A DNA stretch of 63,981 nucleotides, filler included, from Piptocephalis cylindrospora (GCA_003614145.1; 3 parts of 3 records of this genome joined end to end with filler, not necessarily neighbours in it); one strand, 5' to 3'; positions 25,714-38,795 are shown, counted from the first letter of the whole stretch. Translations and numbers: made by a program. Notes: generated by a model not told the origin, from the sequence alone.

Positions 25714-25813
25714 NNNNNNNNNNNNNNNNNNNNNNNNNNNNNNNNNNNNNNNNNNNNTTAATTAATTAANNNNNNNNNNNNNNNNNNNNNNNNNNNNNNN
25801 NNNNNNNNNNNNN
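25714..25813. other. Artificial scaffold-joining spacer (N44-TTAATTAATTAA-N44)
   Basis: Exactly 100 nt with a palindromic core giving stops in all six frames. Genes are truncated on both sides. Confidence 0.97.
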
Positions 25814-26475
25814 TACACACTGGGCATGTATTATGCTATGGGATGAGGGTAAGGACGCGGAAGAGAGGATGCATCCCCACTCAATGACGTCCTCTCTTGT
25901 CTCTCCCTTACCAATTCAAGCCATGGAACGACACAAGCACGATCAAATGTATGATAGCATGGGAGTCGAACAATAGGGCCAGCGTCCTCGCGCCGTAGAT
26001 CATCCGTGCAGACTGGACACGCTTCCTCTACACAATTCAGTTTCCCATCGGGATAAGTGAGCGGCAAACCGTGGCCCTTCCCTCTCACTCATCATCCCGC
26101 CGTCTCGTACTTACCTGCATCCAGCTGATCTGTGGAGAGTGGGGCGAGTGAGGCAATGAAGTCCTTTGAGGCAGGTGGGGGGCCAGCCTTGCCGGTGCCC
26201 TGAGCCTCCTCAAAGAGCTGGGCCAAGATGTTCTGGAACCAGGTCTCCTCATTGGCTTCAGCCTCACCCTGACGGCCTTGCCGCAGGGCGGTAAACATGG
26301 AGGCCAGGGCAGCGGCTTGTTCTTGCTGTTGCGGAGCAAGGCCCTGGGAGGGCATGGGAGATGGGTTCCTGGAGGTAAAGAGATGCTCCACTGAGGGGTG
26401 AATGGCCGAGGATGAGGGCTTGGACCGACGCTTTGTCGGATCCTCCAAACCATGATCATCAAAGTAGGAAGCCAT
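25814..26475 (-). CDS. RNF181-like RING E3 ubiquitin ligase; 3' end cut by the scaffold end
   Basis: Start MASYFDDH, then GPPPASKDFIASL, and RING CPVC...LPCYHTFDRACVVPWLEL/HNTCPVC across two introns. Confidence 0.85.
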
Positions 26476-26810
26476 TAGGGAAGTGTAAGGCGAGGGGATG
26501 AACGTGAAGTAGAAAGTATATTTGGCTTGCCCTTGGCCTGGGAGAGGATGAATCATCCTCTTTTTGGCGGTCCGCCTTCGCCACCTTGGTAAATTTAGGC
26601 TGAAAATAGGGAAAATTGCGTATTTTCAATTCCTCCTTATTTGGGATTACCACTATAGCAAAGTGAGGCCATGTCTATTATTATTAGGTATGGTGAGGTT
26701 GAAGAGAAGGCAGAGCAGAGAGGGTGAAGATAAGAAAAAGAAAACGAGGCCGTTCATTCGAGTGCTGACCTTCTTTCCCTTTAAAGTCACTTTCGGTACA
26801 TCTCCTCCTC

Positions 26811-28437
26811 ATGTCTAGTCCTACAGAACAACCACCTACTCTCGTTCAAAAGACGGATTCAGTACCAAAGCCGCGCAAGCGCTTCACTGGACGTGGCAAG
26901 GGAGCAAGCTCAGTGCCTGGAATGCCAACTGAGGGAGGTAGCATTGAGGATGGGGTTGTGTCTATTCGTAAGTCCTTTCCTCTGTGCTTTTGCCGGGCCT
27001 GCCCCATCTCATCTCATCCGGCACTTCGTCCTATCCCGTAGGTGATGGTCCAGGCATGGGTGGTGGTCGTAGGGGAGGGCGGGTGGCTAATCAAGTCCCC
27101 GAGGAGATCCTACAAGATCCCATCTTGAAGAGCGCCATGACCGTCCTGCCCTCCAACTACAATTTCGAACTGTACAAATCCGTCTGGCAGATTAAGAAAG
27201 CCAAGGCTACCCGAGTGGCTCTACAGATGCCCGAAGGGATCCTCATGTTTGCCTGCACTATCTCTGATATCCTGGAGAAGTATGTCGAGGATGGGATGTA
27301 GGGTCGAAAGCCTTGCCGTGGAAAAAAAGTACTAATCCGCTCATTCTGACCATACCTCTAGGACATGCGGCGTCGAGACGCTCATCATGGGAGATGTCAC
27401 ATACGGGGCGTGTTGTGTAGACGATTATACAGCCCGGGCCTTGGGATGTGACTTCCTCTTACACTACGGCCACTCTTGTCTAGTCCCGATCGATGTGACA
27501 CTGATCAAAGCCATGTACGTCTTTGTGGACATTGGTATTGACACCGCCCATCTGATCGGGACGATCCGTCGACACATCCCCGAGGGATCCAAGTTAGCCC
27601 TGGTGGGAACCATCCAATTTGTCTCTGCTATTCAGAGTGTTCGTCAGGCCCTAGAGGGCGCCTATGACGTCCTCATCCCCCAGGCTAAGCCTCTCTCTCC
27701 CGGAGAGATTCTAGGATGCACAGCCCCCAAGCTCCCGGATCAAGAATATATCATTTACGTGGGGGATGGTCGATTTCACCTGGAGGCCGTGATGATTGCT
27801 AACCCGGATCTCCCGGCTTTTCGGTAGGCACAGATGGGGTCAATTGGGACATATTCTATTTATTCAAGAGACGGTACTCACACCACCTCTGATACACTAG
27901 GTACGATCCATACGATAAAAAGTTCACCCGAGAGGGCTATGAACATGAGGAGATGAAGTCATTGAGGAAAGAGGCCATTGGAAAGGCTAGGGTGGCCAAG
28001 AGGTTTGGGGTGATCCTCGGGACGTTGGGGAGACAGGGGTCACCCAAGGTCTTGGAGCATCTGAAGGGGCAGGTGGAGCGGGCTGGGAGGTCATGCGTTG
28101 TGGTGCTTCTCAGTGAGATTTTCCCCGGAAAACTCGCTCAATTTCAGGATGTGGACGCGTAAGTGCTTATATCTTTTGAGGGTGAGGCGGTGCATGATCC
28201 GTCGTATTTATCCGGCCTCCTCTACCTAGATGGATCCAAATCGCGTGTCCTCGCCTGAGCATCGATTGGGGCTACGCCTTTGATCGGCCCCTGCTTTCTC
28301 CTTACGAGGCGGCCGTAGCCTTGGATGAGGCTACCTGGCAATCTGTGTACCCCATGGACTTTTACGCCAAGGACAGTCTTGGGCCGTGGACGCCCAATCA
28401 TGGCGTGGGCGTTCGTCGTCGGCCCAACAGGGTGTAA
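26811..28437 (+). CDS. DPH1: Diphthamide synthesis protein 1
   Basis: [89 protein letters not shown]. Confidence 0.97.
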
Positions 28438-28608
28438 TTCGGAACATGTGGTGTTTACACGACTATCTTATCAAGGAGGGGGATGGTTATATAGATGACA
28501 GACCTACTGGACAGAAGTGACTTGATTCATGTGGCCATAAGAGCTGGAGGGAGGAAAGAGGGGCGTATGTGAATAGGTGTATCTGCAGAGTGGGCTAGAT
28601 CTGGTGGG

Positions 28609-29442
28609 TCAAGATGTATTCAGAGAGGGTGCCAAATCGGATAGACCAACAAAACAGGGTTCTGCAACATCAACTCCTCCCATCTGTGTCTTGGTGGATA
28701 TGGGGACAAGGGCGACGATCAGGGTGTATGGATCGACGACATCGTCCCTAGGGAGTAGAAACCATTGGGAGGAGCACTTGTGCAAGTCTTGTCCATCCAA
28801 ACAATAAGTAATTCGATTATCCTGCTTTCGCCGAGTAATAAAGAGTGAGTCACTCCTCTTTCCCCACTCCCTTTACCAAACACTTACCGGATGAAAGGTC
28901 ACCTCTAGACGATTCAAAGCCATGGAGAGTCCCAGACCAATGGCCTTGACATACGCCTCTTTGGCTCCCCAGATCCTGGAAGCCTGGACCAGTTGATCGG
29001 TCATTGAGGGTCGACCAGATACATCCATGTGCTCTTTGAGGGTCAGATGGGGCCGGAGGGCGTCCAGATGTCTCGAAGGTGCATCATTTCCCTGGGTGGA
29101 ATCTACAATATCCACACCAATACCCCAGGACCTGAGTGTGTCCTGAACACAGCCCACGGCGCACCACGGTCCTTGGTGGGAGAGGTTAAAATCCGTGTCG
29201 GATTCACCGAGCAAGTAGGGACGGCCGTACGCGGACCGAGCCAGCTGTATGTCCTCCTGAGACTGGCCTGTGGCCTGGGCGAGGACATGGCCCAGGAGAA
29301 GACGGGAACATACAGTTGTTCGAAGGTCCACTTTAGGTAGTCTCTCGGGCAGCAAATTGCACGGTACCTGCTTAAGCAGTGTCTGTGTTGTTATGTCTGG
29401 AAGCCCCAGGCTATGACTGATGTAAACCTTGGCCCGGCTCAT
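28609..29442 (-). CDS. Sfp-type 4'-phosphopantetheinyl transferase (Lys5/AASDHPPT-like)
   Basis: YGRPYL, FNLSHQG, IGVDIV, WGAKEAYVKAIGLGL. One intron at about 28822-28888. Confidence 0.88.
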
Positions 29443-30610
29443 GTTGGGCAGGAGAAGTAAGAGTGTTGAAAGGGGAAAGGGGCTTGGCTAGGCTATGAAG
29501 GATCCTTCAGACACAGTCTATTGCCGCTCTACCCTGCATCTTAGTCAGGGTGAACTGAGATCTTGGCTTTGCGCCCCATCGATGCAGGTCCGTGGCAAGG
29601 AACGCATGCCCCCTTTCTTCCGTGGATCCATTGCATCGCCACTAGCCCAATCCATACCCCCTATAAGGTGTATCTAAACCCCCCTTCCCCCCTCTCCCCC
29701 CCTCTCTTCCTTGACCTGCCTGTTATTAAGGATAGCAAAGCCCGATCCAATGCCACTCCAGCTTCTAAAACAGACAAAAGGCGGAAACGTCGATCAAAGA
29801 AGCCATGAAATGTGTGGCATTGTGAGCGGGGTATCAAATACCCGACCAGTCACTTTTTTCATTCACCGCCATCCCCTTTCCCATTGCCCTGGAACCTATG
29901 GTTCCCCTTTCTTGCTGTTACTAGTTCATCAAGGGTCTGACTGGCCCATGAAGGGTCCGACAGGTCCGCATTCGACTCCGCCACGGGTTCATGATGGGTC
30001 CGACAGGCCTGGGCATCCCAGCCCAGCCTCTTGGCTTCTGAAAGGGGAGGTCCAGCCCAACCCAACCTCATCCGTCCCCCTACATTGCGCGTCCCTGGAC
30101 TGGATGACTACAATCTGGGTTTGTTAAAAGCCACCTTGGGTTGGTCAGTCCTTCCCACCCTGCTCTCCCACATCTCTTTCCTTTTCTTCATCCTTCTCCT
30201 CCGTGTTTTTCTTGTGTATTGGACCTGACCATTTCATTTCCCTCTTCCCTTCCCTCTCCCCTTACTCTTCTACCCTTACCTCACCAATATATGGAGGAAC
30301 CCTTGGACTCTTCTGGCTCAGTTCGCCAAGCCAAGACCCTGCCCCCACCCTTGGCCAAGCTGCCCCGGCGACCTGGCACTGCCCCTTCGACTACTTGTGT
30401 ATGTCCATCGCCTCTTCCCCACCTCACCACCCATCACTCACACTTATCCCTCCCTCCCTCCTGCAGTTAACCCCTAGGTCTACTTCATTAAAAACTCGAT
30501 CCCCCACATCCCCATCCATCTCTATTTCCCCTACCACCTCTCCCTCCACCTCTCCCACTCACACCAACCTATTGCATAACTCCTTCGACGTATCCACATC
30601 CAATCCACCC

Positions 30611-33600
30611 ATGGACGAGGTGGCGGAGGAAGAGGAAGGGGATCCTGAGAGGGCATATGCAGACTACCTGCATTTCTCACCTGATCCACAGACGGTTCAT
30701 GAACCCACATCCCTGGATGGGCTGCACTCATCCTCTCCCTCCTCCACCGCGGCCCTCTACCCCATCTCTGAGTACTCACTTGGCCCCAGCTCCCCCGCCA
30801 CACCCAATGGGCATCTGCCAGCCCCTGCAAGTCCCATTCTTTCTCCCACCTCCCCTACCTTTTCTATTTCTAGTAAAGCTTCCTCAGTCCTGATGAGGTA
30901 CAAGAGTACATCTCCTAATCCCACTGGTCCATCTCTATCCTCTTCCTCAATGGCCCTGTCTGATCTGACCGAAACCCTGGACTGTCTCCTAGAGAACGTC
31001 TCCTCCACTTCACTCGACTTGCTTTCTCCGACCGCGGACATCAGCAAGACAGGGACTGCTGGTTTCACCCAGCCAAGTAAGGGCTCCTCCCCATCCATTC
31101 ATGACTTCCAACAGGAACGAACCTGCCACTCCTCCTCTGCCTCCTTTGCTTTGACAGACGTAGAACCTCTTCATGGGCCACCCCTTATCCCTGCCCCTCC
31201 CTCTCCTCACATGCAGGGCCAAGACCACACTTCCTCCCTGCCCCTCATTCATACTGATAATCCCATTGGCATCACTACTACTACTACTACTACTTCTACT
31301 ACTGCTACTACTCAGTCAAATAGTCATCACCCACAAACCACGGCCCCCCCCTCTCGGGACATGTACCCTTTGTCCGATCATCTTCATCCCGCTCCGCCTC
31401 CTTCCATGATCAAGCCCTCCTTATCCGATGAACCCTCAAAAGAAAACATGCCAGAAAGCACTTACCCATATCCCTCCATCCCTGACTCCCTCCCTTCCAA
31501 TCCTATGGGGTCTCGATCCAAGGAGGGAAGCCAAGGGGGGTTCTCGAGTGGAAGTCGTAGCCTCTCCAAGACCCTTCTCTCCACCTTTCGAAGCCCTAGC
31601 TCCGCCAAAAAGAGTCAATTCCGCTCTTTCTTCTCCTCATCGTCCTCTACTTCTTCCTCCTCCCCTGCCCCTACTGTCTCTATCCTGGAGGCCACTCATT
31701 CACAACCCATATCTGGTCCCCACCCTTCTAGGCAGGAAAGGGGGCCGCACAAGGAACACGACGACACACATACTGTATCGCAACCCGCCATGGCTCAAGA
31801 GGAGCTCACAGGGAAGAGTCACCATCATTCCCCAGAGCCCGTGCCACCAAAGTCTCTCATGACCCAAGTCACCCCTACTCCCCCCCCCCCCTACTCCCAT
31901 CATGACTTTCCCCCGTCCTCCAGATACTTTTGGCCCCTCCTCTCCTCCCTTCCTCCCCCCAAAGGACCCTTCCCCCCCCTATCCGGGAGAAGATAAGGAA
32001 AAGGTCAAGAATGCCCAGGATGAGGATGAAATGGAGAAAGATACACAACATTTCAAAGATCCTAATGAAAAGTCCCGGGGAGAGGAGAGGAGACCATTAG
32101 GGGTCCGGCCTCCACCGTCCTCAATAGCGCCCCCAGCTCCTATTAATATCAAGCCCCCCACCATCCTTTGCTCCTCCCTTCCCTCTCCTCCACCTCTTCA
32201 GGATCCCGCTGTTCATCATGCACAAGAAAAGGAGAATCAGGGGATGGAAAAACAATGGATCGATCAAATCCTGCTGGAATCCTCCAGTTTTACCCGTGTT
32301 TCCCCCCAGGACTTTTCTCTACTTGTTGAGGTAAGATAAATCGGTGGACCCGATGGAAGAGGATATCCACATTATCCTCACTCCCACTTTCCGTTTCATT
32401 AGGAAGAGAGGGTTCTCACCTCTAGAATAGGTATCTTGGCTGAGGCTCATGTTCGTGAATCCCGGATCCGGGACTCGGCATCCTCCCTGGCCAGTCTACA
32501 TCATAGCAACAAAAAGACCAAGAAAAAGGCCCTGGCCGAGCTGTTGACCGCTGAGTGCAAGGTCTCTCGGGTTCTCGTGGATCTATGGAGGCTCGAGGGA
32601 AAGCGGGCTGATGTACGGCAGAAGATGGGACGAGCCAGGTCTGCCATCTTACGGGATGGACTCCAGGCCTCCGAGGAACGGTGTCGGAAACTTGAGGCCG
32701 CCCGAGAGATCCGGAGGAAAAGCGTAGTTCAAAGCGTTCATGCCCGCGAAAGCCTGTCCCTCTCCTCTCATTCTCCTGCCCCCGGAGACCGAGATACCAC
32801 TGGGGCTACCACCCTGCTCGCCGCCACGGGTCAAATGCTCGCTCTTCGCGCCCGTGTGGAGGAGCTCGAAGGGGTCCTCCTCGAGACTAATGAGGAGCTT
32901 ACCCGGGCTCGGCAGGAGAGGAAGGGTGCCGTTGAGCTGATGGAGGAGGAGAGACGGCGTGTGACCGAGCGGGATCGCGAACTCGAGGAGGTGGGCCAAG
33001 TGGTCAGGAAAATCCGATCAGTTGGTGAGGACGAATGGCTGGTTCAGGAAGAGGAGGAGAAGAAGGAGGATAAGGGAGATCAGAAGGAAAAGAGTGACCG
33101 AGAACGTCGAATTTCCATCAGTCCCATGGTTGCACGACTTCAAGGACTTCAGGAGGACCTGGAGAGATCCGAGGGCCAAGTCAAAATCCTTAAGGGACAG
33201 CTTAGTGAACAGGAACAGCAGCATCGTGATGAGGTCAAGCGCCTACGCTCTGCTTTGCCTCATGAAGGGATGGAGGAGGACGAGGAGGACTCCTCTCAAG
33301 ATTCCTCTCTCTCCGGAGATATCCCGAGTGCTGGTCGTCTAGCCCATCAAGGCTCCAAGGATAGTCTGAGTGCAGGCTGGTCCGGCCCCTCCCATCATCG
33401 TCAGGGCTCCCACTCCACTCAGTATACCGCCATGACCAGTCAGAGTACGTCGACCTTCCGCCCCGGATCCAGTGGATCCGGGAGACCTGGTGCCCCCAGT
33501 GCTCTATGCAGGATGTTAACTCAAAAGGAGTCCGAGTGTCGGGAGCTGCGGGATAAGCTGGTGGAGCTTCGCAGGGACATTCGGGAGCTCGAGTTGGGTC

Positions 33601-34064
33601 AGGAGGAGATGATTGGCCCTATCGAGGAGTTGTGGGAGGAGTTACCCCTTGATCCTAAAGAACCCATGGGACCCTTTACCCTCCCGGTCTTCCTCTCCCG
33701 CGTCTCTCGGCTCATTCATCATCGCACTTTTCCCTCTCTTCTTCCAGGCCATCCTTCACTAAGCTCTTGGGGAGGAGGTGAGCAGACGCAAGATCCAGCA
33801 GCGGTCGATGCTATCTTCCGGGCGGCCCAGGAGGTGGGTGAAGTCTTTGGGAAGGCCACAGACGGGGCCGGGAAGCGCATGGATCAACGAGAGCTGGCCT
33901 CCATCCACGCCTCCCTTTCCCCTACCACCTCCCCTCCCCTTTCTCCCACGAGACAGCTTACCGGGTTGGGTCATCCTTTGACCGAGGCTCCCAACACGAC
34001 ATCCCGCGGTCGTACGGACATTTCTGCTCTGCTGACCAAGCTAGAGCGCATGCAAGGGGCATAA
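30611..34064 (+). CDS. Uds1 (up-regulated during septation) domain coiled-coil protein with a long Ser/Pro-rich N-terminus; frame break at a C12 run
   Basis: LLESSSFTRVSPQDFSLLVE/EERVLTSRI...ESRIRDSASSLASLH...KVSRVLVDLWRLE...VRQKM...AIL matches the Uds1 pattern, followed by coiled coils. The start and the N-terminal linkage are uncertain. Confidence 0.65.
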
Positions 34065-34749
34065 ACTCCTGATATGGAGGAACCTGCGGAGTCTGTGTAC
34101 GGATTAGATGGGAGAAGAATGAATATGGTTCATAGGCCAGGTCGATTCATTCGTCCACAAATCATTATCCTCAGCAATACTTGATCCCAAGATCCTTGAA
34201 TGTTGTGGGTGGAGGGGGATTAAGTGCTTGAACGACTTTGCAGCGCGCGGCATGAAGGGTAGCATTCATCAAGTTACACACCCACGCTCTCTAGAAGGAC
34301 CATTGGGCTCTTGCAATAATGAATCATCAAGCTTCTGAATCACGCCCTATTTTAGTCACTCGGGTGCGATGACCATTGATTTGATCCAATTCATATGATT
34401 CCGCTTATAGCTTGGATACTCCCTACTTGACCCTTACCCACGAAAACATCCCCACAAACCACAATGACCTTGGCCGATCAATCCCAGCTCTGTGTCGGCA
34501 CCAATCTGAGAAGCCCACACAATCACCTCTGGGATTTTTCCTCTTTCCTTCTCTCCCTCCGCTTCGCCTCAGCATGTGCATTTGTATCATTCAATAAGGG
34601 CACTGTGTGTGTGCGTGGCTATATCAATACCCTTCTAGGTCAGGTCTTCTTCCCCTCCTCGTTCCTCCCTTCCCCCTTTATCTTCCTCCCTCCCCTCCCT
34701 CCCTCCCTCCCTTCCTTCTCCCCTTCCTCCTCCTTCCTTCTCTTGTACC

Positions 34750-35712
34750 ATGTTCATCCGTCGGCACTCATCACCCGTGAAAGCCTCCCCACGCTTTCGG
34801 GTACGACGTTTCATGGCTTCGGATAGAACTAGGGTTCAGGAGCTGGTAGGTACGGGGCTCATGGATATGATCCCCGTAGCGGTGTCGCAATTAAGCTCGA
34901 TGTGGCATGTATGGATACCGCAATGTCTAGGGCTTTTACTAACAGCCTCTGGCCTAGCCTGGGCCATGCAAAGCTACTTCCCAATCTACGTCTCCTTCCT
35001 CGGGGGCGCCATCCTCTTTCGGTTCCTTTTTCTCCAGGCCTTGAGATTCCACTGTACCCGGTCGTTACGACAGTATGTTAATATGAGTCTTCGGACTGAC
35101 TTATCCGACATCGTAAAATACTACCAGGGGGAAGGGACACAGAAACCCCAGAATAGTGCGCTGAATGGATCAAAGGGTGGACCCGGCTCGGCAAGCGCTA
35201 GCCTTGATTCTGATTCTTCCTCTCCGATCGGAGCAAACAAGCCAGAATCTGTAAAACCAAGAAGCAGGTCGTCTAACAGCTTTCCTGTCGACGATTCCTC
35301 GCGAACAGATATTGATGATGATGATGATGATGAGGAGGAGGAGGAGGAGGAAGCGGCTAATTTCTGGGTGTGCGAAGTGGTAGAGCTGGGCAAGGATGAG
35401 CCCTGGATTGTAGGGTGTGTGGGTCTGGATCTCAACTCGCAGACCTTTCCCGGATCCCCCGAGGTACGTCGTATGAGCGTTGAATCTTCATACCGCCACC
35501 TAGGCGTGGCCAGGATGTTGATGGAGACTCTGGAAAAACGAGGCCTGGAAGTGCATGCCTCTAAACTCTGGCTGGAAATCTCAGTCCACCAGGTTTCCGC
35601 CATCCGGGCGTACACTCGCATGGGCTGGGTTATTGTCCGGACCCTTCAGTATAACTGGGATCTCCAAGTCGTTCGCATGTGTCGAGTCCTTCAGTCCTCC
35701 CCCTCTCCTTAG
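34750..35712 (+). CDS. Membrane-anchored GNAT N-acetyltransferase, NAT8/Camello-like
   Basis: Hydrophobic hairpin, SLRTDLSDIVKYY, NFWV, IVGCVGL, EVRRMSVESSYRHLGVARML (acetyl-CoA motif A), AIRAYTRMGW. Confidence 0.85.
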   Translation: MFIRRHSSPVKASPRFRVRRFMASDRTRVQELVGTGLMDMIPVAVSQLSSMWHVWIPQCLGLLLTASGLAWAMQSYFPIYVSFLGGAILFRFLFLQALRFHCTRSLRQYVNMSLRTDLSDIVKYYQGEGTQKPQNSALNGSKGGPGSASASLDSDSSSPIGANKPESVKPRSRSSNSFPVDDSSRTDIDDDDDDEEEEEEEAANFWVCEVVELGKDEPWIVGCVGLDLNSQTFPGSPEVRRMSVESSYRHLGVARMLMETLEKRGLEVHASKLWLEISVHQVSAIRAYTRMGWVIVRTLQYNWDLQVVRMCRVLQSSPSP

Positions 35713-35995
35713 TCATTATAGTGAAGTGGGGGAGTGGGTTGTGTTTCAAGGGAAAAGATATGTGCTTGTGTGTTTAGGAATTTAGGTCAATAGATCGTCA
35801 GATAGGTATGTTCTTGCCCACATAGATCGCCTTTGATGAGATCGTGTTGTTTTCACCAACGCCATCCAGCATATGATAATCGTAGGGACTTATCGAGGTG
35901 AATAATCATTCCATTTCATTTCGTTTCATCTCATCCTCATCTACTCACGTCTCGCGAAACATTATCCACGGATACACCCATCAAGAGAAACAATA

Positions 35996-37466
35996 TCACT
36001 TCTTCCCCTGGAAGACTGGGGCAAGGGCCAGACAGGTAATCCGGCTCTGAGCATTGTACTCAGCCAGGTGAACGGGTGTAGTAGAGGAATTGGCCAGGAT
36101 GTCAGCCAGATTCCACAGACGAACAAGACCATCAGAGGAAGCTGTCGCTAACAGAGAAATAGGCTTTCCTTCAGGAATAGCAAGGGTCAAGGCCTTGATT
36201 CCTTTGATCCGGACATCATGAGCCTTCCATCGTTTTTCCTCTTGAATTTCCGTCACCGTTTCCTCCTCCTCCTCTTCCCCTCTAGCTTCGCTTTCCTTCT
36301 TCTTGGGCCACCGATGCACACAGACCTCTCCATTGTCCAGACCATACGCTAAACCATCCTCCTCTTCAATGGACCATTGGTCTGAGCAGAGGATTCTTTG
36401 AGGAGCGGTGAACGAGTATATCTTTTTTGCCGTCTATATCATGGAAAAAGGCAATACATGGGATCAGCCATCTGCTCAGTTACAAATGCACCGCTTCCAT
36501 TCCCCTCCCTTACCAAGACATCCTGGATCTCGCAACTACGAGCATAAACGATAGCATACTCATTACCCTGACTATTCCAAAGGACATTCTCTCCCTCTGA
36601 TAGCAATAAGGAAAGACAAAAGAGCGTGAGATATTCTTGCTTAACCCTTCCTCATAAGCGCACACTCACACACATACCTGCAAGAAGCTTGGAGGCAGCA
36701 GCCTTAATCCCTCGAGTCAGATCCCAGCTACGTAGTCTTCGGTCCGACCCCACAGATAGGGCCAGCTTTCCGGTGGGGTGGATGGATAGGGCGTTGATCC
36801 GGCCTTGATGGCCGCGAATAGTCTTGAGGCATTCCCAATCCTTGGTCCTCCAGATACAAATTTTTCCATCTTCAGCTGCAGACACCAGATTCCGGGAGTG
36901 GAAGTCCAGGGCTGTGATGGTGCCTTCATGCTGCTGTAGAGAGCCTTGTTCCATTTTTGACTTTAAATCATAAATTCTGCGAGCGAGGAAATAAGCGAGG
37001 GTTTTAGCCCTATCTGGCAGTAGGTCAGCAACGTCACTTACCGAATCACCTCATCAAAACTTCCCGAGACTAGGGTGGAGCCATTGCTCGAGCAAGCCAA
37101 AGACTTGATGCTATGAGTGTGGGCTGGATACATAAAGACGGGTTCCAAATCGGCAGGAACGGCCACTTGACCACTTGGCTCACGGGTGATGGTGGCTTTA
37201 AATCCGTAGAGGATTCTTTCGTATGTTCCAGCAATAATATGGACAGAGACGGGTTCTTGGGCCTTGGTCGACTCCTTCGAGGTAGCATCCGCCGTGGTAT
37301 TACTACTGGTCTCCGTGGAAGCCGGGGCCGTCTTGGCTTTCTTGACTTTGCGTCCTGCAGTGGGGCCAGGAGTGGCCTTGGGGGCTTTGCTCACTGAGGT
37401 AGCCTGAGACTTGGGCTCTGCCATGCTGGTGGCATTGGATGCTGCAGTGGTCTTTCTTTTAGCCAT
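35996..37466 (-). CDS. MAK11: WD40 60S biogenesis factor Mak11/PAK1IP1
   Basis: IIAGTYERILYG, LVSGSFDEVIR, HEGTITAL, IWRTKDWECL, IHPTGKLALSVG, AHDVRIK, TASSDG, RITCL. Confidence 0.93.
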
Positions 37467-37728
37467 TATGAAGGGACGAAGAAGTGGAGGAAAAAGGGTA
37501 GGTTCTCGACAAAGGGATCATAGCAGTGTGCAAAGTATGGATAAATTTATTTCTTTTTTCCTTCACAGACACAGCCTAAGCTCCACAGTGTGAGCTGAGT
37601 GTGCCTAGAGCCTTGGTCACGATGTGCATCGTGGGGCGACATCGAGGGTATGCTTTTCTTTGAAGCCAGGTAGACAATGGCATGCCTCCCTCCCCACTTG
37701 CTTATACTATTCTGTAGCAAGAAGCGTC

Positions 37729-38795
37729 ATGCCCTCGACCTGGATCACCCATGTCTTGAGAAGGACAAATATTATTTCTCAGTATTCAGATTTCTCCTCA
37801 TCTCTCCGATGTATAGGTCGTCTTGGCTCGATCAAGGCTGGTTACATAACACCACAACTAACTCGGCTCTTCCACCCGGGCCATGCCAGCGTGCCCTATA
37901 CGACAAGGCCCTCGTTCCCACCCTTGAAATCATCCCCAGAATACTGCATAGCCCATAGCAGTCCAGAACCCTCTGCAGTGGCCAAGCTTCGTCATTTGAC
38001 CCAAGAGACTTATCCAGAGGAGGCGCATCGAATGATTACTCCTGATCAGGGCCAATTTCTCCGTATGATAGTGCGATCAACACGAGCACAGACAGTGATG
38101 GAGCTTGGGTGCTTCACGGGGTATGCTGCAGCTTGGATGGCGGATGGATTGGTGGATCCGGAAGGTCGGGTCTTCACATGTGAACGCGATGATCAGTATT
38201 CCCGGATCGCTCAAACCTGGTTGGATCAGGGAGGCTGGACTCCTCGCGTTCATCTTCATTGCCAAGAAGCAGAGTCCATGTAAGCAATTAAGGATAAAGG
38301 ATGCACCATGACACGACTCACCCTTTCCCATCCATCGGGGGGCTACTGGCGGTCATGCAGGCTGACCGACTGGAATCCAGAAAGGAAGGTGGACATGGTC
38401 TTTCTAGGTAACAGTAATGGATTCATCTTCTATTTCACTTCCTCGACTCATTCACTCCATCTTAGATGCCAACAAGGCAAGTTATATCAAACATTTGGAT
38501 ATAATACTGAATCGACACCTCCTTGCACCCCATGCCCTCATACTTGCAGATAATGGTAGGCCGAGCAGAAAAACCACTTTGTGAATGAATCATTTCCTTA
38601 ATATTCACCTCTTCCCATCTAGTTCTATTCCGCGGCCTAGTCAAGGATATAAACATGAACGATAGGACTAGAGTGAAAGGACCAGCAAGAGCTATGGATC
38701 GATTCAACAAGTATGTGCGGAACCATCCTCTACTAGACAGTGTGATATTGGATGTATTTGACGGGATTTCCTTGATCCAATATAAACAGAAATAA
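37729..38795 (+). CDS. Class I SAM-dependent O-methyltransferase (COMT/CCoAOMT-type), probable mitochondrial presequence
   Basis: MITPDQGQFL, MELGCFTGYAA, DMVFLDANK, ILADNVLFRG, VFDGISLI across three introns. Confidence 0.88.

Noticed and set aside
25758..25769. TTAATTAATTAA palindrome as a biological element or piggyBac target site
   Set aside because: It is centred in exactly 44+44 Ns and recurs identically at 51313, so it is a synthetic linker.
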